DNA of 64,000 bases from an uncultured Acidobacteriota bacterium (GCA_963725335.1 CAVRYD010000011.1:1199104-1263103), one strand, 5' to 3'; positions 32,424-44,973 are shown, counted from the stretch's first letter. The notes: generated by a model from the letters alone, not told the origin. Translations and numbers: made by a program.

Positions 32424-33608
32424 TCAGCGAACGCCGTTCACAGAGTCTGCACCCGAGGCGTCCATCAACTTCGTCATCGCCATGGCGCCGAGCAGGGGGC
32501 CGGGAGCCAGGATCGTGAACGCCCATCGCCATCCCGATGCTCGCTGCCACCCACGGCAGCAGTCGAATGCTGCCAATCGTCAGCAGAAACCCCACGCACG
32601 TTTGAAGCGTCAACGCCGTGCCGACATGGCTGCGCGTGGCTGTACTCCGACACCAGCGCCGAAAATTGCGCCGAGTCAGCCACGACAGAGAACCCCCAGA
32701 TCGCCGCGAACAGGAACAGGATGGGCGCTGGCGCACCAAAAACGAACCCCGTGGTGGCGGCGCAGGCTGCGCTCGTGAGCAGGGCGAGCCGCGCGATGCG
32801 AGCCTTGCCGAACGAATCGGCCCAGCGTCCGGCCGCTACGCATCCAATCGCTCCGCTTGCGATGGCGGCAAAGGCCACGAGCGACCCAGTTCGTGTCTCC
32901 ACCCCGTATCGTGCGAGCAGCGATGCGGCCGCGAATGCCGGAATCCACGTCCACATCGCATACAGCTCCCACATGTGTCCGAGATAACCGAGCGTGGACA
33001 GCCGGACGCCGGAGTTTTGGGCGACTTCCAGAACTGCGCGAGGATCGAATGGCGCTGTCGCACTGACGTACGGGCCGTCCTCGACCGCCAGCCACACGAC
33101 GCCTCCTCCCGCGACGGCGAGCCCAGACGAAATCCACATCAGCACACGCCACGGCACTGTCTGTGCGTCCCACGCCAACAGGTGAGGGAAGGCGGACCCG
33201 ATGGTGAGCGCTCCCACCACGATGCCGAGAGCCGTCCCGCGGCGCTCCTTGAACCAGCCGGCAGCGATCTTCATGCCGGGCGGGTACACGCACGCCAGTG
33301 CCACGCCGGTCACGCCACGGAGCACGATGATCGTCGATCGACGCGGAAGCGAGAGGGATGACCGCGTTCGCAACAGCTCCGACGACACAACCGACGGCAA
33401 ACAGGCGACGCGCGTTGAGCACGTCGGCCAGATTCAGCACGCTGCTTAATAGGGTGCCGAGCACGAATCCCGCCTGCACCGCCATCGTGAGCCAGGCGGT
33501 CGCGGAGCGTGTCAACTGGAATTCCGCGGCAATCGCCGGTCCGGCGGCCGTTGCGGAAAACCACAAGGTCATCCCGAGGAACTGGGCGAAAGCCACGCGC
33601 GCGAGCAT
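32424..33608 (-). CDS. MFS transporter (frameshifted; start approximate)
   Basis: LGMTLWFSA; AVQAGFV; VYPPGMK; GYLGHMWELYAMW; VADSAQFSALVSE. Confidence 0.85.
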
Positions 33609-33678
33609 GCGCCGCGCAGCGAGTGGTTTACCCGGCGAGAGATTGTCGCTACGATTGATCACGAGGCTCACACGATAC

Positions 33679-34993
33679 ATGAACATTCCGTACACGCGAC
33701 ATACGCTCGACAACGGGCTCGACGTCCTGATTCATGAGGATCATGGACTGCCCGATCGTCGCCGTGAATCTCTGGTATCACGTCGGCTCGAAGAACGAGA
33801 CGCCAGGTCGGACCGGGTTCGCGCACCTGTTCGAGCACCTGATGTTCGAAGGCTCTCAGCACTACGACAAGGGGTACTTCCACCCGCTCCAGGAAGCGGG
33901 GGCATTGTTGAACGGATCCACGAACGCGGACCGCACGAACTACTGGGAGGTCGTGCCGAGCAACGCGCTCGAGCTGGCGTTGTGGATGGAATCGGACCGT
34001 ATGGGGTATCTGCTGCCGGCGCTGACCGACGCCAAGTTCGAGAACCAGCGTGAAGTGGTCCTGAACGAGCGCCGCCAGAACTACGAGAACCGACCCTATG
34101 GCTTTGCCGGCATGGCGCTCATGGCGGCGCTGTATCCGGCCGGATCATCCCTACAGCTGGCTGACGATCGGTGCGGCCGAGGACATCCGCGCCGCGCGGC
34201 TCGACGACGTCCGCGCCTTCTTCCAGACGTACTACCGTCCGCGGAATGCGTCGCTGGCGCTGGCGGGCGACGTCGACACCGCCGCTGCCCTGGAACTGAC
34301 GACGCGCTACTTTGGCGAACTCGAAGCCGGCGACGCAACCGCCGGCAGTTGTCGCGCCGGCGCCATCGCCGCTCGCTGTCGACCGCTGTCTCCTGCTCGA
34401 AGATCGCGTCGAGTTGCCGCGCCTCTACCTGTCCTGGCATTCGCCGTCGATCTTCGCCGAAGACGACGCGGAGCTGGATCTCGTGGCGGAGGTGCTGGCC
34501 AGCGGAAAGACGTCACGCCTCTATCGGACGCTGGTATACGAGGAGCGGATGGCCACCGAGATCGCGGCGTCGCAGAGCTCGCGCGAGCTTGGCGGCTACT
34601 TTCAGATCATCGCCACCGCGGCGCCCGGGCGGACGCTGGCCGAGCTCGATCGCGCCATCACCGAGGCGATCGCCACGTTCGTCGGCGAGGGCCCGACCGC
34701 GCCGGAAATGGAGCGATGCCAGGCGCAGGCCGAAGCCAATTTCGTCTTCAGGCTGCAGACCGTTGGCGGGTTCGGCGGCAAGTCCGATCAGCTGAACGCC
34801 TACAACGTCTTCGTTGGCGATCCCGGGTTCTTCGAACGCGACCTCGATCGCTATCGCCGCGTCACGCCAGCATCGATGCAGTCGAGCTGCCCGTGAATGG
34901 CTGGCTCCCGAGCGCCGGGTGGCCCTCAGCGTCGTGCCGAGAGGACGGAAGGAGCTGGCGCTCGCCGGCTCGCAGCCCGTCGCGGTGTCGTGA
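33679..34993 (+). CDS. M16 (pitrilysin-like) zinc peptidase, catalytic subunit (frameshifted)
   Basis: YHVGSKNE..GRTGFAHLFEHLMF (HxxEH); NGST; ESDRM; NERRQNYEN. Confidence 0.9.
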
Positions 34994-36367
34994 TGCGCGG
35001 TCGATCGCGATGCGACTTCCGGCGCTCGGCGCCGATCCTCAGCTTCGCTTTCCTGAGATTCGCCGGCGGATGTTGTCCAACGGCCTTCGCGTCTGGACCG
35101 TCGAGCACCACGCCGTTCCACTCATCAGCTTCCTCGCGTTGCTGCCCGTCGGCGCGTCCGCGGATCCGCTGGAACGCCCCGGCCTCGCCGCGATGACCAG
35201 CGACATGCTCGACGAAGGATGCGGCAACCTCGACGCGATGGAGTTGCACGACGCGCTCGGCCGCATCGGCGGCCACCTCGATTCCGAGATTGGGTCGGAC
35301 GCGACGATTCTGACGCTGTCGAGCCTCGCGCGCTATGCCGATCGGGCCAGCGAGCTGCTCGCCGATATGGTCACGCGTCCGCGGCTCGACACGGCAGATT
35401 TCAATCGGGTTCGCGAGCTGCGTCTCAACCGCCTGATTCAGCTGCGCGACCTTGCACCGGCGCTTGCCGATCGCGCGTTCGCACGGCTGCTTGTACCGGC
35501 AACCATCCGTACGGACACATGCCGCTCGGCACCGAGCCGTCGCTGCAATCGGTCACCCTCGACGAGGTAACCGGATTCCACGACACGATGTTCACGCCGT
35601 CCCGAATGACCGTCATCGCCGCGGGCGATGCGACGCACGATGCGCTGGCGGCGTCGGTCGAAGCGGCCTTTGGCGGTTGGCAGGCCGCACCGGCCGCCGC
35701 CTCCGCGATCGATCCTGCGCTCTGGCCGCTGCCCGCCGTCCCCAGCAACGGCTCGCGATTGTCCATCGTCCTGGGGCCGCGCAATCGGAGCTTCGCATCG
35801 GGCACATCGGTCTCCCACGACGGACGCCGGATTATCACGCGCTGCTCGTGCTGAACATCGTCCTCGGCGGCCAGTTCGTCAGCCGCATCAACATGAACCT
35901 CCGCGAGGACAAGGGATACACCTACGGTGCGCGTACGTCGTTCGATTTCCGCCGGGGCCCCGGGCCCGTTTGTGCTGAGTGCGAGCGTGCAGTCCGAAGT
36001 CACCGTCGACGCGATTCAGGAAGCGCTCGGTGAGCTGCACGCGATTCGCGGGGATCGCCCGGTGACGGCCGCGGAGCTTCAGACCGGACGCGCGGCCCTG
36101 ACGCGAGGATACCCGCGCAACTTCGAAACCGCCGAGCAGATTAGCCGCGGTGCCGCGCAGCTCGCGCTGTACGATCTCCCCGACGACTACTTTTCGACAT
36201 TCGTGCCGAAAGTGCTCGCCGTCGAGGCGGCTGGCGTTACGCAGAGTCGCCGAACAGCACATCGATCCCTCGCGTCTGCTGACGGTGATCGTTGGCGATC
36301 GTGAGAAGGTCGCGCCCGTGCTTCCGCGGCTGAATATGGGCCGGCATCGGAGGACCCCCTGGCCTGA
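34993..36367 (+). CDS. M16 family partner subunit lacking HxxEH (frameshifted)
   Basis: LSNGLRV; GLAAMTSDMLDEG; HPYG; GGQFVSRINMNLREDKGYTYG. Confidence 0.87.
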
Positions 36368-36449
36368 TCCCCGGGGCAGTGAACCCCAACGCCGGTAGCT
36401 CCGTCCAACTGACAGTTATGCGGGGTCGATGTACACTGTATCGATTCCT

Positions 36450-36653
36450 ATGAGCCTAGCTCAGCGCAGCCTCAGCCTCGCGGGGATCATCGGGATCCTC
36501 ACGGCAGCGTTCGCCGCAGGGTTGATTTACCTGCTCGTGACACAGCCGGTCAGTACCGCCGAGAACATCGCCAATGGCGAGGTGTCTCCGATCGTGCGCG
36601 CGGTCGCCGGTGTCCTGTACGACGCGCTTCGCGGGATTCTGAAGTTTCTGTGA
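36450..36653 (+). CDS. Small membrane protein (67 aa)
   Basis: N-terminal transmembrane helix; LLVTQPVSTA; amphipathic C-terminus. Confidence 0.6.
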   Translation: MSLAQRSLSLAGIIGILTAAFAAGLIYLLVTQPVSTAENIANGEVSPIVRAVAGVLYDALRGILKFL

Positions 36654-36656
36654 AAC

Positions 36657-36699
36657 AGCTGACATGCTGATGCTGAAGCTGAGGCTGAAGCTGACAGCT
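36657..36699. repeat. Short GCTGA(N1-3) tandem repeats between convergent genes
   Basis: gctgacatgctgatgctgaagctgaggctgaagctgacagct. Confidence 0.6.
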
Positions 36700-36700
36700 C

Positions 36701-37720
36701 CTACAAACTTCTATTCAGAAACCGGCACAGAATCAGTCCGTCGATCCATTTGAACGGGGTGATGCCTGTGCTGTAGTGGCCGCACGGCAGCACCGCGACC
36801 TGATGATCGATACTGCTTCGTCGGAACTCGTCGACCAGCATCTTCGACAGCGTGACCGGAAACGTCAGGTCGTACCGCGCGTAGACGAGCAGGATCTGTT
36901 TTCCCCGAACCGTTCGAGGTACGGAAACGGCGAGATCGGCATCCAGATGTGCCGAAGCGCTTCGAGCTGGATTTGTCCGTCCAGACCTGCGCGCACGTGC
37001 TCGGTCGACAGCCCTTCCCAGACGACGTCGGCGAAGTAGGGCGAGATGTGATTGAGCGCCGCGGCCGCACGACCAGCGGTTCGTGCGCGGCGGTCAGCAT
37101 CGCCAGGCACGACCCGAGGCTGGTGCCGAGGATGCCGATCGATTCGTAGCCCTGCTCGCGCGAGCCACGCAACGCGCTCTGCGCGCATCGAGCACGGCCT
37201 GCCGGCACACCTGCGCCGTGCGGCCGACGTTGGAGCTGACGATGTAGTCGGCGCGGCGGAGCTCCGGCGGCATCCGCGCGTCGTGATAGGGAAGGCTCAG
37301 CCTCAGCGCGCTGATGCCGAACTTGTTCAGCAGTCGGCACAGGCCCGACGTGCCCTTCGGCATCGGCGTTCCACTGCGGCAGCACGACGACCGCCCGCCT
37401 GCGCCCGCGTCGGAGTCGCTCTGGGAAGTAGCGCGCGTGCGACCAGGTTGTTTTCGGCGTGCGGCGTCGTGACGGCGCTTGGAAACGTCAGGCGATCGCC
37501 TTCGAGCATGTATTCGTCGCACGGCGGGAGCGCAAAGAAGGCTTCGCTGTTGGCGACCGTCTGCGCGGCCCATGCCGAGAGCCGCCCCACGACATCCTCA
37601 TCGGCAGTCGTCGAGACCGCTCAATCCACTCCAGTCCCCACTCGAATGGTCGGACGATGCGATGTCTCGCGCGGCGGCCGCGAGCCGCCGTTCCCAGTTG
37701 TGAAATACCCGGGCGATCAA
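36701..37720 (-). CDS. Alpha/beta hydrolase (ABHD18-like), frameshifted
   Basis: FHNWERRLA; LPQWNAD; LSLPYHD; GTSLGS nucleophile; PCGHYSTG. Confidence 0.8.
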
Positions 37721-37764
37721 TACGCGGTCCTCTTTACGGCAGCCTTGTTGCATTTCATTTGCGC

Positions 37765-37930
37765 ATGATCGAACAACCACCAAAACCCGACACGCCTCAG
37801 CCGCCAGACGTCATCAACCATCTTGCCGCCGCCGAAGTTTCCGGTGCCTCCGGGAGATCCGACGGCGGAAGATGCGCCTGACGTTCATCCTGTGCCACCG
37901 CCGACCGATCCGTCGCCGCCGGTGCTGTAG
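37765..37930 (+). CDS. Putative Pro-rich micro-protein behind a sigma-54-like promoter
   Basis: MIEQPPKPDTPQPPDV...[13 protein letters not shown] (needs one frameshift); CGGCAGCCTTGTTGCA at 37737-37752. Confidence 0.35.
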
Positions 37931-39262
37931 CGCTCGACGCGCGCGGCCAGGTCGATCAGCCGGCGGGTCGCCCGCAAATGGCCGACCAGCTGCATGCCGA
38001 TCGGCCATCCGTCGTTGGTCGTGCCGGCGGGAGGGCGATCGACGGGTGACCGCGTGATATTGAAGAGCTGCGTCAGACGCAGCATCGCGGCCCGAACTGG
38101 TTCACGTGTTCCGTCGATCTCGACGGTGGTGGCACCCAGTTCTGGCGCTGGTATCGGCTGAGCGGGGAGAAGCAGCGCGTCGCAGCCCTTCAGCGCGGTG
38201 TTCACGGCACGGCTGAGGACGTCGCGCAGATGCATCGCGCGCACGTAGTCTTCCGCGAGGATGTAGCCGACCCATCTCCAGCCGGAGACGCACACCCGGC
38301 GAGTAGCGATCGGCGTGCGCTGCGAGCATCGGCGCGTGATACCACGACGCTTCGGGCAGGACGATATGCAGGTACACATCGGCGATCCGCATCGGCGTGT
38401 TCGATGGCGACGGTGCGGACCTCGTGGCCGGCCGCAGCTGAGCGCGCTGCCGCGTGCGCGTCAGCGCCCCGCGCACCTGCGGGATCCAGCCGATCGCAGA
38501 AGTAGGGCTCGGGAACGCCGAACACCTGCGGTCGAGCGTCGCTAGCCGTTGCTGACCAGCCATCGCGCTGCGAACGCATCGCCTCGAACATGATCGCGAC
38601 GTCGCCGACGCTTCTCGCCATCGGACCGACGTGATCGAGCGTCGTGCTCAGCGGCACGATGCCGTCGCAGGGCAAGCTCTCCGTAGGTCGGCTTCAGGCC
38701 GACCGTTCCGCAGACGGCCGACGGGATACGAATCGATCCTCCGGTGTCGGTGCCGACCGAACCGAAGCACATGCCTTCGACGAGCGCCACGGCGGCGCCC
38801 GCCGCTCGAGCCGCCTGGCGATCGCGACGGATCCTTCGGATGATGGACGGGCCCGAACGCGGACTCTTCGCTGGTCGTGCCGAATGCGAACTCGTGCAGG
38901 TTGGTCTTGCCGATGACGATCGCGCCGGCTTCTCGCAGCCGCGTCACGATTGGCGCGTCCTCGGCCGGCTAGCCGCGGCGGCACCGCCGATCCGGACGTC
39001 GTCGGCGTCCCTGCGACATCGATCAGATCCTTCACGGAGACGGGATGCCGTGCAGCGGACCCGCGATAGCGCCCGGCCGCGATTTCTCGCTCTGCGGCAG
39101 CGGCGGCGCTCACGCGCTGTCGGCCATCACCGTGATGAAGGCGTTCAACTCGAGCCGCGACTCGATGCGCTCGAGACATGCGCGCACGAGCTCGACCGGT
39201 GACAAGGCTCCGGACTTGACGTGCGGTGCGATCTGCTCGATTGTGGGCAGGGAAGAGGTCAT
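37885..39262 (-). CDS. Amidase signature family protein (frameshifted)
   Basis: VSVKDLIDV; [11 protein letters not shown]; PGGSSGG; [12 protein letters not shown]; GLKPTYG. Confidence 0.9.
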
Positions 39263-39412
39263 GGCTTCCCGTGCCCGCGGTCGATCAGTCGATCGGCGTC
39301 GCGCAGCGCGGCCGTCGAGCGGGCGAGCGTTTCGAGCAGCGGCTTCAGCTCGGGAAGTCCACGCCGCTCTGCGTCGTCGCAGGCGGCCTTCAACCAGTCG
39401 TCAATGGGTCAT
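39259..39412 (-). CDS. Small helical protein coupled to the amidase
   Basis: DDWLKAACDDAERRGLPELKPLLETLARSTAALRDAD; ATGA overlap with the amidase start; one indel near the start; absent from the ORF track. Confidence 0.6.
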
Positions 39413-39533
39413 TTAGACTGTGATGACAAATCGGTAAAGCATTCGATGAATGCACTCGAATGGTAAGCTAACGTGTGTTTCAGGCTGCGGGCGGATGCCG
39501 GCCGTGCCTGCTCGTTAGAGGGTAGCGTACACC

Positions 39534-40649
39534 GTGAGTGATCGCATCCTCGCCGCTGTCATGCCTGGTCCGCGGCGGCCCACAGAGATCCGCGAGTTCG
39601 AACGTCCCCAGCTGCCGCCTGGAGCCGCGCTGCTGCGCACAGCCCGGTCCGAAGTCTGCGGCACCGACGTTCATTTGTGGCACGGCCGTCTGTCAGGCGT
39701 CCCCTATCCGATCATTCCCGGGCACGTCTCGGCCGGGATCCTCGAACGAGGTCCGCGGTCCGCTGCGCGGGATCGACGGCGCTGATCTTGCGCGAAGGCG
39801 ATCGCGCCGTCTTCTTTGACGTCCATCGAACCTGCGGTCGCTGCCGACCGTGCGCCGTTCATCGCACCCCGACTCGATGCACCGCGCGGCGCGTGTATGG
39901 CATCACGGACTCCGCCGACGAGGGCTTGTTCGGCGGCTGGTCGCAGGCGATCTACCTCGAGCCGGGTGTTGCTCATCGCGAGACTTCCTGATCGAGTCAC
40001 GTTTGACCAGTACATCGGCGGCGGGTGTGGGTTGCTGACCGCCGTCCACATCATCGAACGTGCTGCGCTGCGTCCCGGACGACACCGTGCTCGTGCAGGG
40101 CACTGGCGCGGTCGGTCTGAGCACTATTGCCCTGGCTCGTGCGAGCGGAGCGTCCATGGTTCTTGCGATCGGCGCCCCCGCCGATCGCCTGGAACTCGCG
40201 CGGCGAATGGGTGCCGATCGCGTGTTCGATCTCATGCGAGACGTCGCCCGAAGAGCGGCTGCGAGCACGTGCGCGATCTCACGCACGGCGAAGGCGTGGA
40301 CGTGGTCGTCGAGGCCGCGGGGTCCGCACGCGCATTCGAGGAAGGTCCATTTCTCGCGCGCGACGGCGGTCGCTACGTCGTGGCCGGACACTACACGAAC
40401 GCGGGATCCAGCTCGGTCAACGTTCACCACGCGATCAATCGCAAGCATCTCGACATCCGCGGATGCTGGGGAAGCGAGCCCGGACACTTTCTGCGCGCGT
40501 TGACGCTGCTCGAACGGTTCGGGTCCGCGATCCCTTCGACGCCATTGGCGGTCGGACCTATCGCGCTGGATCAGCTCGATGCAGCGCTTGCTGATGCCGA
40601 AGCGATGCGCATCACCAAAGCACTCGTCGATCCCTGGGCGGCAGCCTGA
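39534..40649 (+). CDS. Zinc-binding (MDR) alcohol dehydrogenase (frameshifted)
   Basis: VCGTDVH; CGRCRPC..C; QGTGAVG; GVDVVVEAAG. Confidence 0.87.
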
Positions 40650-40656
40650 GGCGTGC

Positions 40657-42062
40657 ATGCGTCATACGAAGATTATCGCGACCATCGGGCCCGCATCGGA
40701 CAGCCCGCCGACATGATCGAGTCGATGCTGCTCGCCGGCGTGGACCTGTTTCGGCTGAACTTTTCGCATGGCACGCACGAGTCTCACGCGTCTGCGTATC
40801 GGACGATACGCGAGGCCGCGAACCGAACGGGACGACATGCCGCGATCATGCAGGACGTCAGCGGCCCGAAGATCCGGACAGGGCGCCTTGCCGGCGGAGG
40901 CCGCCGCTGACGTTGCACGTGGGAGACGAGCTGACGCATCGTCGCCGGCGACGCGGTTGGCGGACCCGGGCGGATCTCGACGACATTCGTCGGCCTGCTT
41001 CAATCGGCGCGCCCCGGCGATCGCCTGCTGCTCGACGACGGAAAGATTGAGCTGCGAGTCGTCGGCGGCATCCGCCAGCCGAGCTCAAGACCGTCGTCGT
41101 GGCCGGTGGTTTGCTCGGCGAGCACAAGGGCATCAACGCCCCAGGCGTGCGTCTTCCGGCGTCGTGCATCACCGACAAGGACGCCGCTGATTTGCGCTTC
41201 GGCCTCGATCTCGGGGTCGACTTCGTGGCGCTGAGCTTCGTGCAGACCGCGGAGGATGTGGCGCGGGCGAAAAGGATCATGAGTGAGGCTGGCCGGACCG
41301 TCCCGATTGTTGCGAAGATTGAGCGGCCGGCCGCGGTCGAGAACCTGGTCGCGATTCTTGGCGAAGTGCACGGCGTGATGGTGGCTCGCGGCGACCTCGG
41401 TCTGGAGATGCCGCTCGAACAGGTTCCGCGAGTGCAGAAACAGATCATTCGCAGCGCGCGGATGCTCGGGCGGCCCGTGATTGTCGCCACTCAAGTGCTC
41501 GAGTCGATGCGCGAATCACCGCGACCGACACGGGCAGAGGTCAGCGATGCCGCCAACGCGGTCGAGGAAGGCGCCGATGCAATCATGCTCGCCGGGGAGA
41601 CCGCCGCGGGCCAATATCCGCTGCAGGCCGTGCAGACGCTCGGAGCGGTCATTGAAGACGCGGAGCGAATCCCCGCCGAGCGCGTCGTGCCGACGGCTCG
41701 ATCCCATCGGAAGCCGCCACGGTCGCGCGCTCTGCGAAGCGGCGGTGACGCTGTCGACCACCGGCCACGCCGAAGCGATCGTCGCGGTGACGCGGCAGGG
41801 CAAGACTGCCCGGTTGCTCTCCGCGCTTCGTCCCGGCGCGGTGATTTATGCGGCAACCGAAAGCGAACAACTCGCCCGGACCCTGACGTTGCTGCACGGC
41901 GTCGTGCCGATCATCACGTCGGAGCGTGACCCCGAACGCCTCGCGCGCGTGATGATCGATCGTCGCATCCTCGCTGCGGGCTCGGTCGTCGTCTTCATCA
42001 GCGTGAGCCCGGAATTGACCGGCCTCGATTCCAACTTCCTCAAGGTTCAGAAGATCGGATGA
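40657..42062 (+). CDS. pyk: Pyruvate kinase (frameshifted)
   Basis: MRHTKIIATIGPAS; RLNFSHG; GPKIRTG; AKIE; MVARGDLG; ATQVLESM..PTRAEVSD. Confidence 0.93.
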
Positions 42063-43240
42063 CGCACCTCCAACGTTGTCAGTCGGGCGCGCCTGCGCAC
42101 GGTCTGGACGCTCATGGTCGAGAACTCGCTGCTCCTGGCCGGCGGAACGATTGCCGGCATGGCGTGGGCGAACCTCCATCAGCCGTCCTACTCGCGGTTC
42201 GCCAATTCCCTTCACTTCCTCGTCAACGACGTCGGGATGGTCTTCTTCTTCGCGCTGGCGGTGAAGGAAATCATCGAAGCGACGCTGCCCGGCGGAGCGC
42301 TCGAATCGCCGCGGGAGGCCGCCGTGCCGATCCTCGCCGCCGCGGGAGGCATGATGGGCCCCGCTGGTCTCTACGTCCATCTCAGACCATGATTCTGCAC
42401 CGCCCCGAGCTGATGCCCGGCTGGGCGATTCCGTGCGCGACCGATATTGCCTTCTCGTATCTCGTGGCGCGGTTCATTTTTCCGCGCAATCATCCCGCGA
42501 TCCCTTTTCTGCTGCTCCTGGCGATTGCCGACGATGCGCTTGGTCTGATTCTGCTGGCGTTGTTCTATCCGGCCGCCCAGGTGTCGCTGCTGAAGTTCGC
42601 GGCCCTCATGGTGCCGGCGCTTGGCGTGACGGTCTGGCTGCGTCGGCGGCGCACGACCAACTTCTGGCCGTACCTCACGATCGGCGGCGGGCTCTCGTGG
42701 GCGGCGCTGTTCTTTGGCGGTGTGCACCCGGCGCTCGCGATGGTGCCGATCCTCCCATTCATGCCGCACGAGCAGCGCGACCTGGGCCTTTTCGATCCGC
42801 GCGAGCACGATCTGCCGGACACGATGAACCGATTCGAGCACGCGTGGAAGATCCCCGTCCAGTTCGTGCTGCTGTTCTTTGGCCTCGTGAACGCCGGCGT
42901 CCTGCTGTCGAGCGTCGGGCCGGCGTCGTGGACCGTCTTTCTCTCGCTGCTCTTTGGAAAGCCGATCGGAATCGTGGGCACGACGTTTCTCGCCGTGCGT
43001 TTCGGGCTGCGCGCGCCGGGCGGGCTGAGTTATCGGGATGCGACCGTCATGGCGGTTGCGGCGGGGATTGGCTTCACCGTGGCGTTGTTCTTTGCCACGT
43101 CCGCGTTCCCGCCGGGACCGCTGCTCGACGAAGCGAAGATGGGCGCGTTGATGAGCTTCATGGCGGCGCCGATCGCCATCGTCTTCGGCCGCCTCGTGGG
43201 TCTCAAGCCGAGCAAAGCAGAACCCCGTAGAACCTCGTAG
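42059..43240 (+). CDS. nhaA: Na+/H+ antiporter NhaA (frameshift near 42385)
   Basis: VNDVGMVFFF; GWAIPCATDIAF; LAIADD; GGVHP; GKPIGI; AGIGFTVALF. Confidence 0.9.
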   Translation: MTHLQRCQSGAPAHGLDAHGRELAAPGRRNDCRHGVGEPPSAVLLAVRQFPSLPRQRRRDGLLLRAGGEGNHRSDAARRSARIAAGGRRADPRRRGRHDGPRWSLRPSQTMILHRPELMPGWAIPCATDIAFSYLVARFIFPRNHPAIPFLLLLAIADDALGLILLALFYPAAQVSLLKFAALMVPALGVTVWLRRRRTTNFWPYLTIGGGLSWAALFFGGVHPALAMVPILPFMPHEQRDLGLFDPREHDLPDTMNRFEHAWKIPVQFVLLFFGLVNAGVLLSSVGPASWTVFLSLLFGKPIGIVGTTFLAVRFGLRAPGGLSYRDATVMAVAAGIGFTVALFFATSAFPPGPLLDEAKMGALMSFMAAPIAIVFGRLVGLKPSKAEPRRTS

Positions 43241-43288
43241 AACCTCGTAGAACCTCGTAGAACCCCGTAGAACCCCGTAGAACCCCTA
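43219..43288. repeat. Tandem 10-mer AGAACCYCGT (six copies plus a partial)
   Basis: Spans from the nhaA 3' end to the stop of the convergent SRPBCC gene. Confidence 0.9.
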
Positions 43289-43771
43289 GGAGGCATTCTC
43301 GACGTACTGCTTCAGCGCGACGAGCGACTTCAACCAGCCGACCTCGATCACGCCGTAATACCGCCGCCACCGGGGGGAATCCTCGAAGCCAGTTTGTCTG
43401 ACGCGCAGCCTGCAGGCGGGCCCATCCATCGCGCATTGCACCTGCAGCGACATCGGGCCGACGGGGCCGCTGTCGGGTGGCAGCCACCACGCGTCCGCAA
43501 TCACGAGCTCACGCCCCGGCTGGTATTCCATCACGCTGCCGTAGAACACGCCGCCGAGACGTCCGAGGAGGTCATCGACTTCGGCGGTCGGTGCCCACTC
43601 GACCGCGTAGATCCCAAGTGGACGTGCGGTCGTCACCGATCGCACGGTCTGCCACCAGACGCTCAGCGCGGCGGGATCGAAGAACGCGGCGAGGACGCGC
43701 GTCGGTGCGGCAGTGATCAGAATGGAATGATCGAAGGAAAGATCGTCGGTCTCGCGCGGCACCTCGGCCAT
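43286..43771 (-). CDS. SRPBCC/AHSA1-like domain protein
   Basis: ILITAAPTRVLAAFFDP..LSVWW; GWLKSLVALKQYVE. Confidence 0.8.
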   Translation of the reverse strand: MAEVPRETDDLSFDHSILITAAPTRVLAAFFDPAALSVWWQTVRSVTTARPLGIYAVEWAPTAEVDDLLGRLGGVFYGSVMEYQPGRELVIADAWWLPPDSGPVGPMSLQVQCAMDGPACRLRVRQTGFEDSPRWRRYYGVIEVGWLKSLVALKQYVENAS

Positions 43772-43816
43772 GCTAGCGGCTACCACGACGGAGTGTAAAG
43801 CGGCTATGCTGGCCTG

Positions 43817-44973
43817 ATGGACGCGCTGGCCCAGCCCCAACAGGGAAGCTCGCCGCCGGACCCCCCTGCAGCCGGATCCCTCGTGGGACGAGCATTACCG
43901 CGACGAACGCGACGCCGCGTACCTGTATCGTGCGCTGGCCGCCGTCGAACGCGATCGCGATCGCCGCGAGCTCTTCGAGAAGCTCGCGGTCGTCGAGGAT
44001 CGCCACGCCGAGCGATGGCGGGAGCTGTTCGCGCAGAGCGGACGGCCGTTGCCCGCCTACGCGACCGCCACGCGGACACGGCTGCTCGCGTGGGTCGCGA
44101 GACGCTTCGGTCCATCCGCTCGTTCTGCCGCTGATCCTGGCCGAGGAAGGGCCGCGAAGTGCAGGCCTACCTCGGCATGGCGCGTCACTCGACGCAACCG
44201 CCAGACGCACAAGGCGGCCGTCGACATCGCATCCGATTCCGCCGTTCACGCGCGCGAGCTATCCGAGATGATGGGCCGCGAGGGTGAGCCGTGGCATGTC
44301 GGCGGCTCCGGCGGATACCTGCGAAGCATCGTCTACGGGTTCAACGACGGGCTGACGGCGAATTTCGGCCTCGTCGCCGGCGTGATCGGCGCCGACGTCG
44401 CGCCGCACATCGTGATCATCAGCGGCGTGGCCGGTGCGATCGCCGACGCGCTGTCGATGGGCTCGAGCGGCTACCTGGCGGCGAAGAGCGAGGCGGAGGT
44501 CCAGGCGCACCAGATCGAGATGGAGCGCCACGAGATGCGGCTGATGCCGGATCTCGAGGAAGAAGAGCTCGCGCTCATTTACGAGGCGAAGGGCCTGCCG
44601 CCCGGAGCGCGCGCGCGAGACCGCCAGCGCGATGATGCAGGATCCCTCGCAGGCGCTCGACGCGATGGTGCGCGAGGAGCTGAACATCCATCCCGCCGAG
44701 CTGGCGCCGCTGAAGGACGGCCTCGTGACGGGGCGGCGCACCGCCATCGGCGCGTTCATTCCGATTGTGCCGTTCTTCGTGCTGGAACACGGCGCCGGCG
44801 GTCTGGATGTCGCTCGCCATCAGCATGCTCGCGCATTTCGCGATCGGCGCGGCCCGCAGCCTCTTCACCGGCCGCGGCGTCTGGGCCAGCGGCCGCGACA
44901 TGTTCGTCGTGGGCTTCGGCGTCGCCGCCGATCGGCTACGTCGATCGGCGAGTGGATTACGCGCGTCTTGTAG
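43817..44973 (+). CDS. VIT1/CCC1 transporter with N-terminal rubrerythrin-like domain (frameshifted)
   Basis: DERDAAYLY..EDRHA; LRSIVYGFNDGLTANFGL; ALSMGSSGYLAAKSE. Confidence 0.87.
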
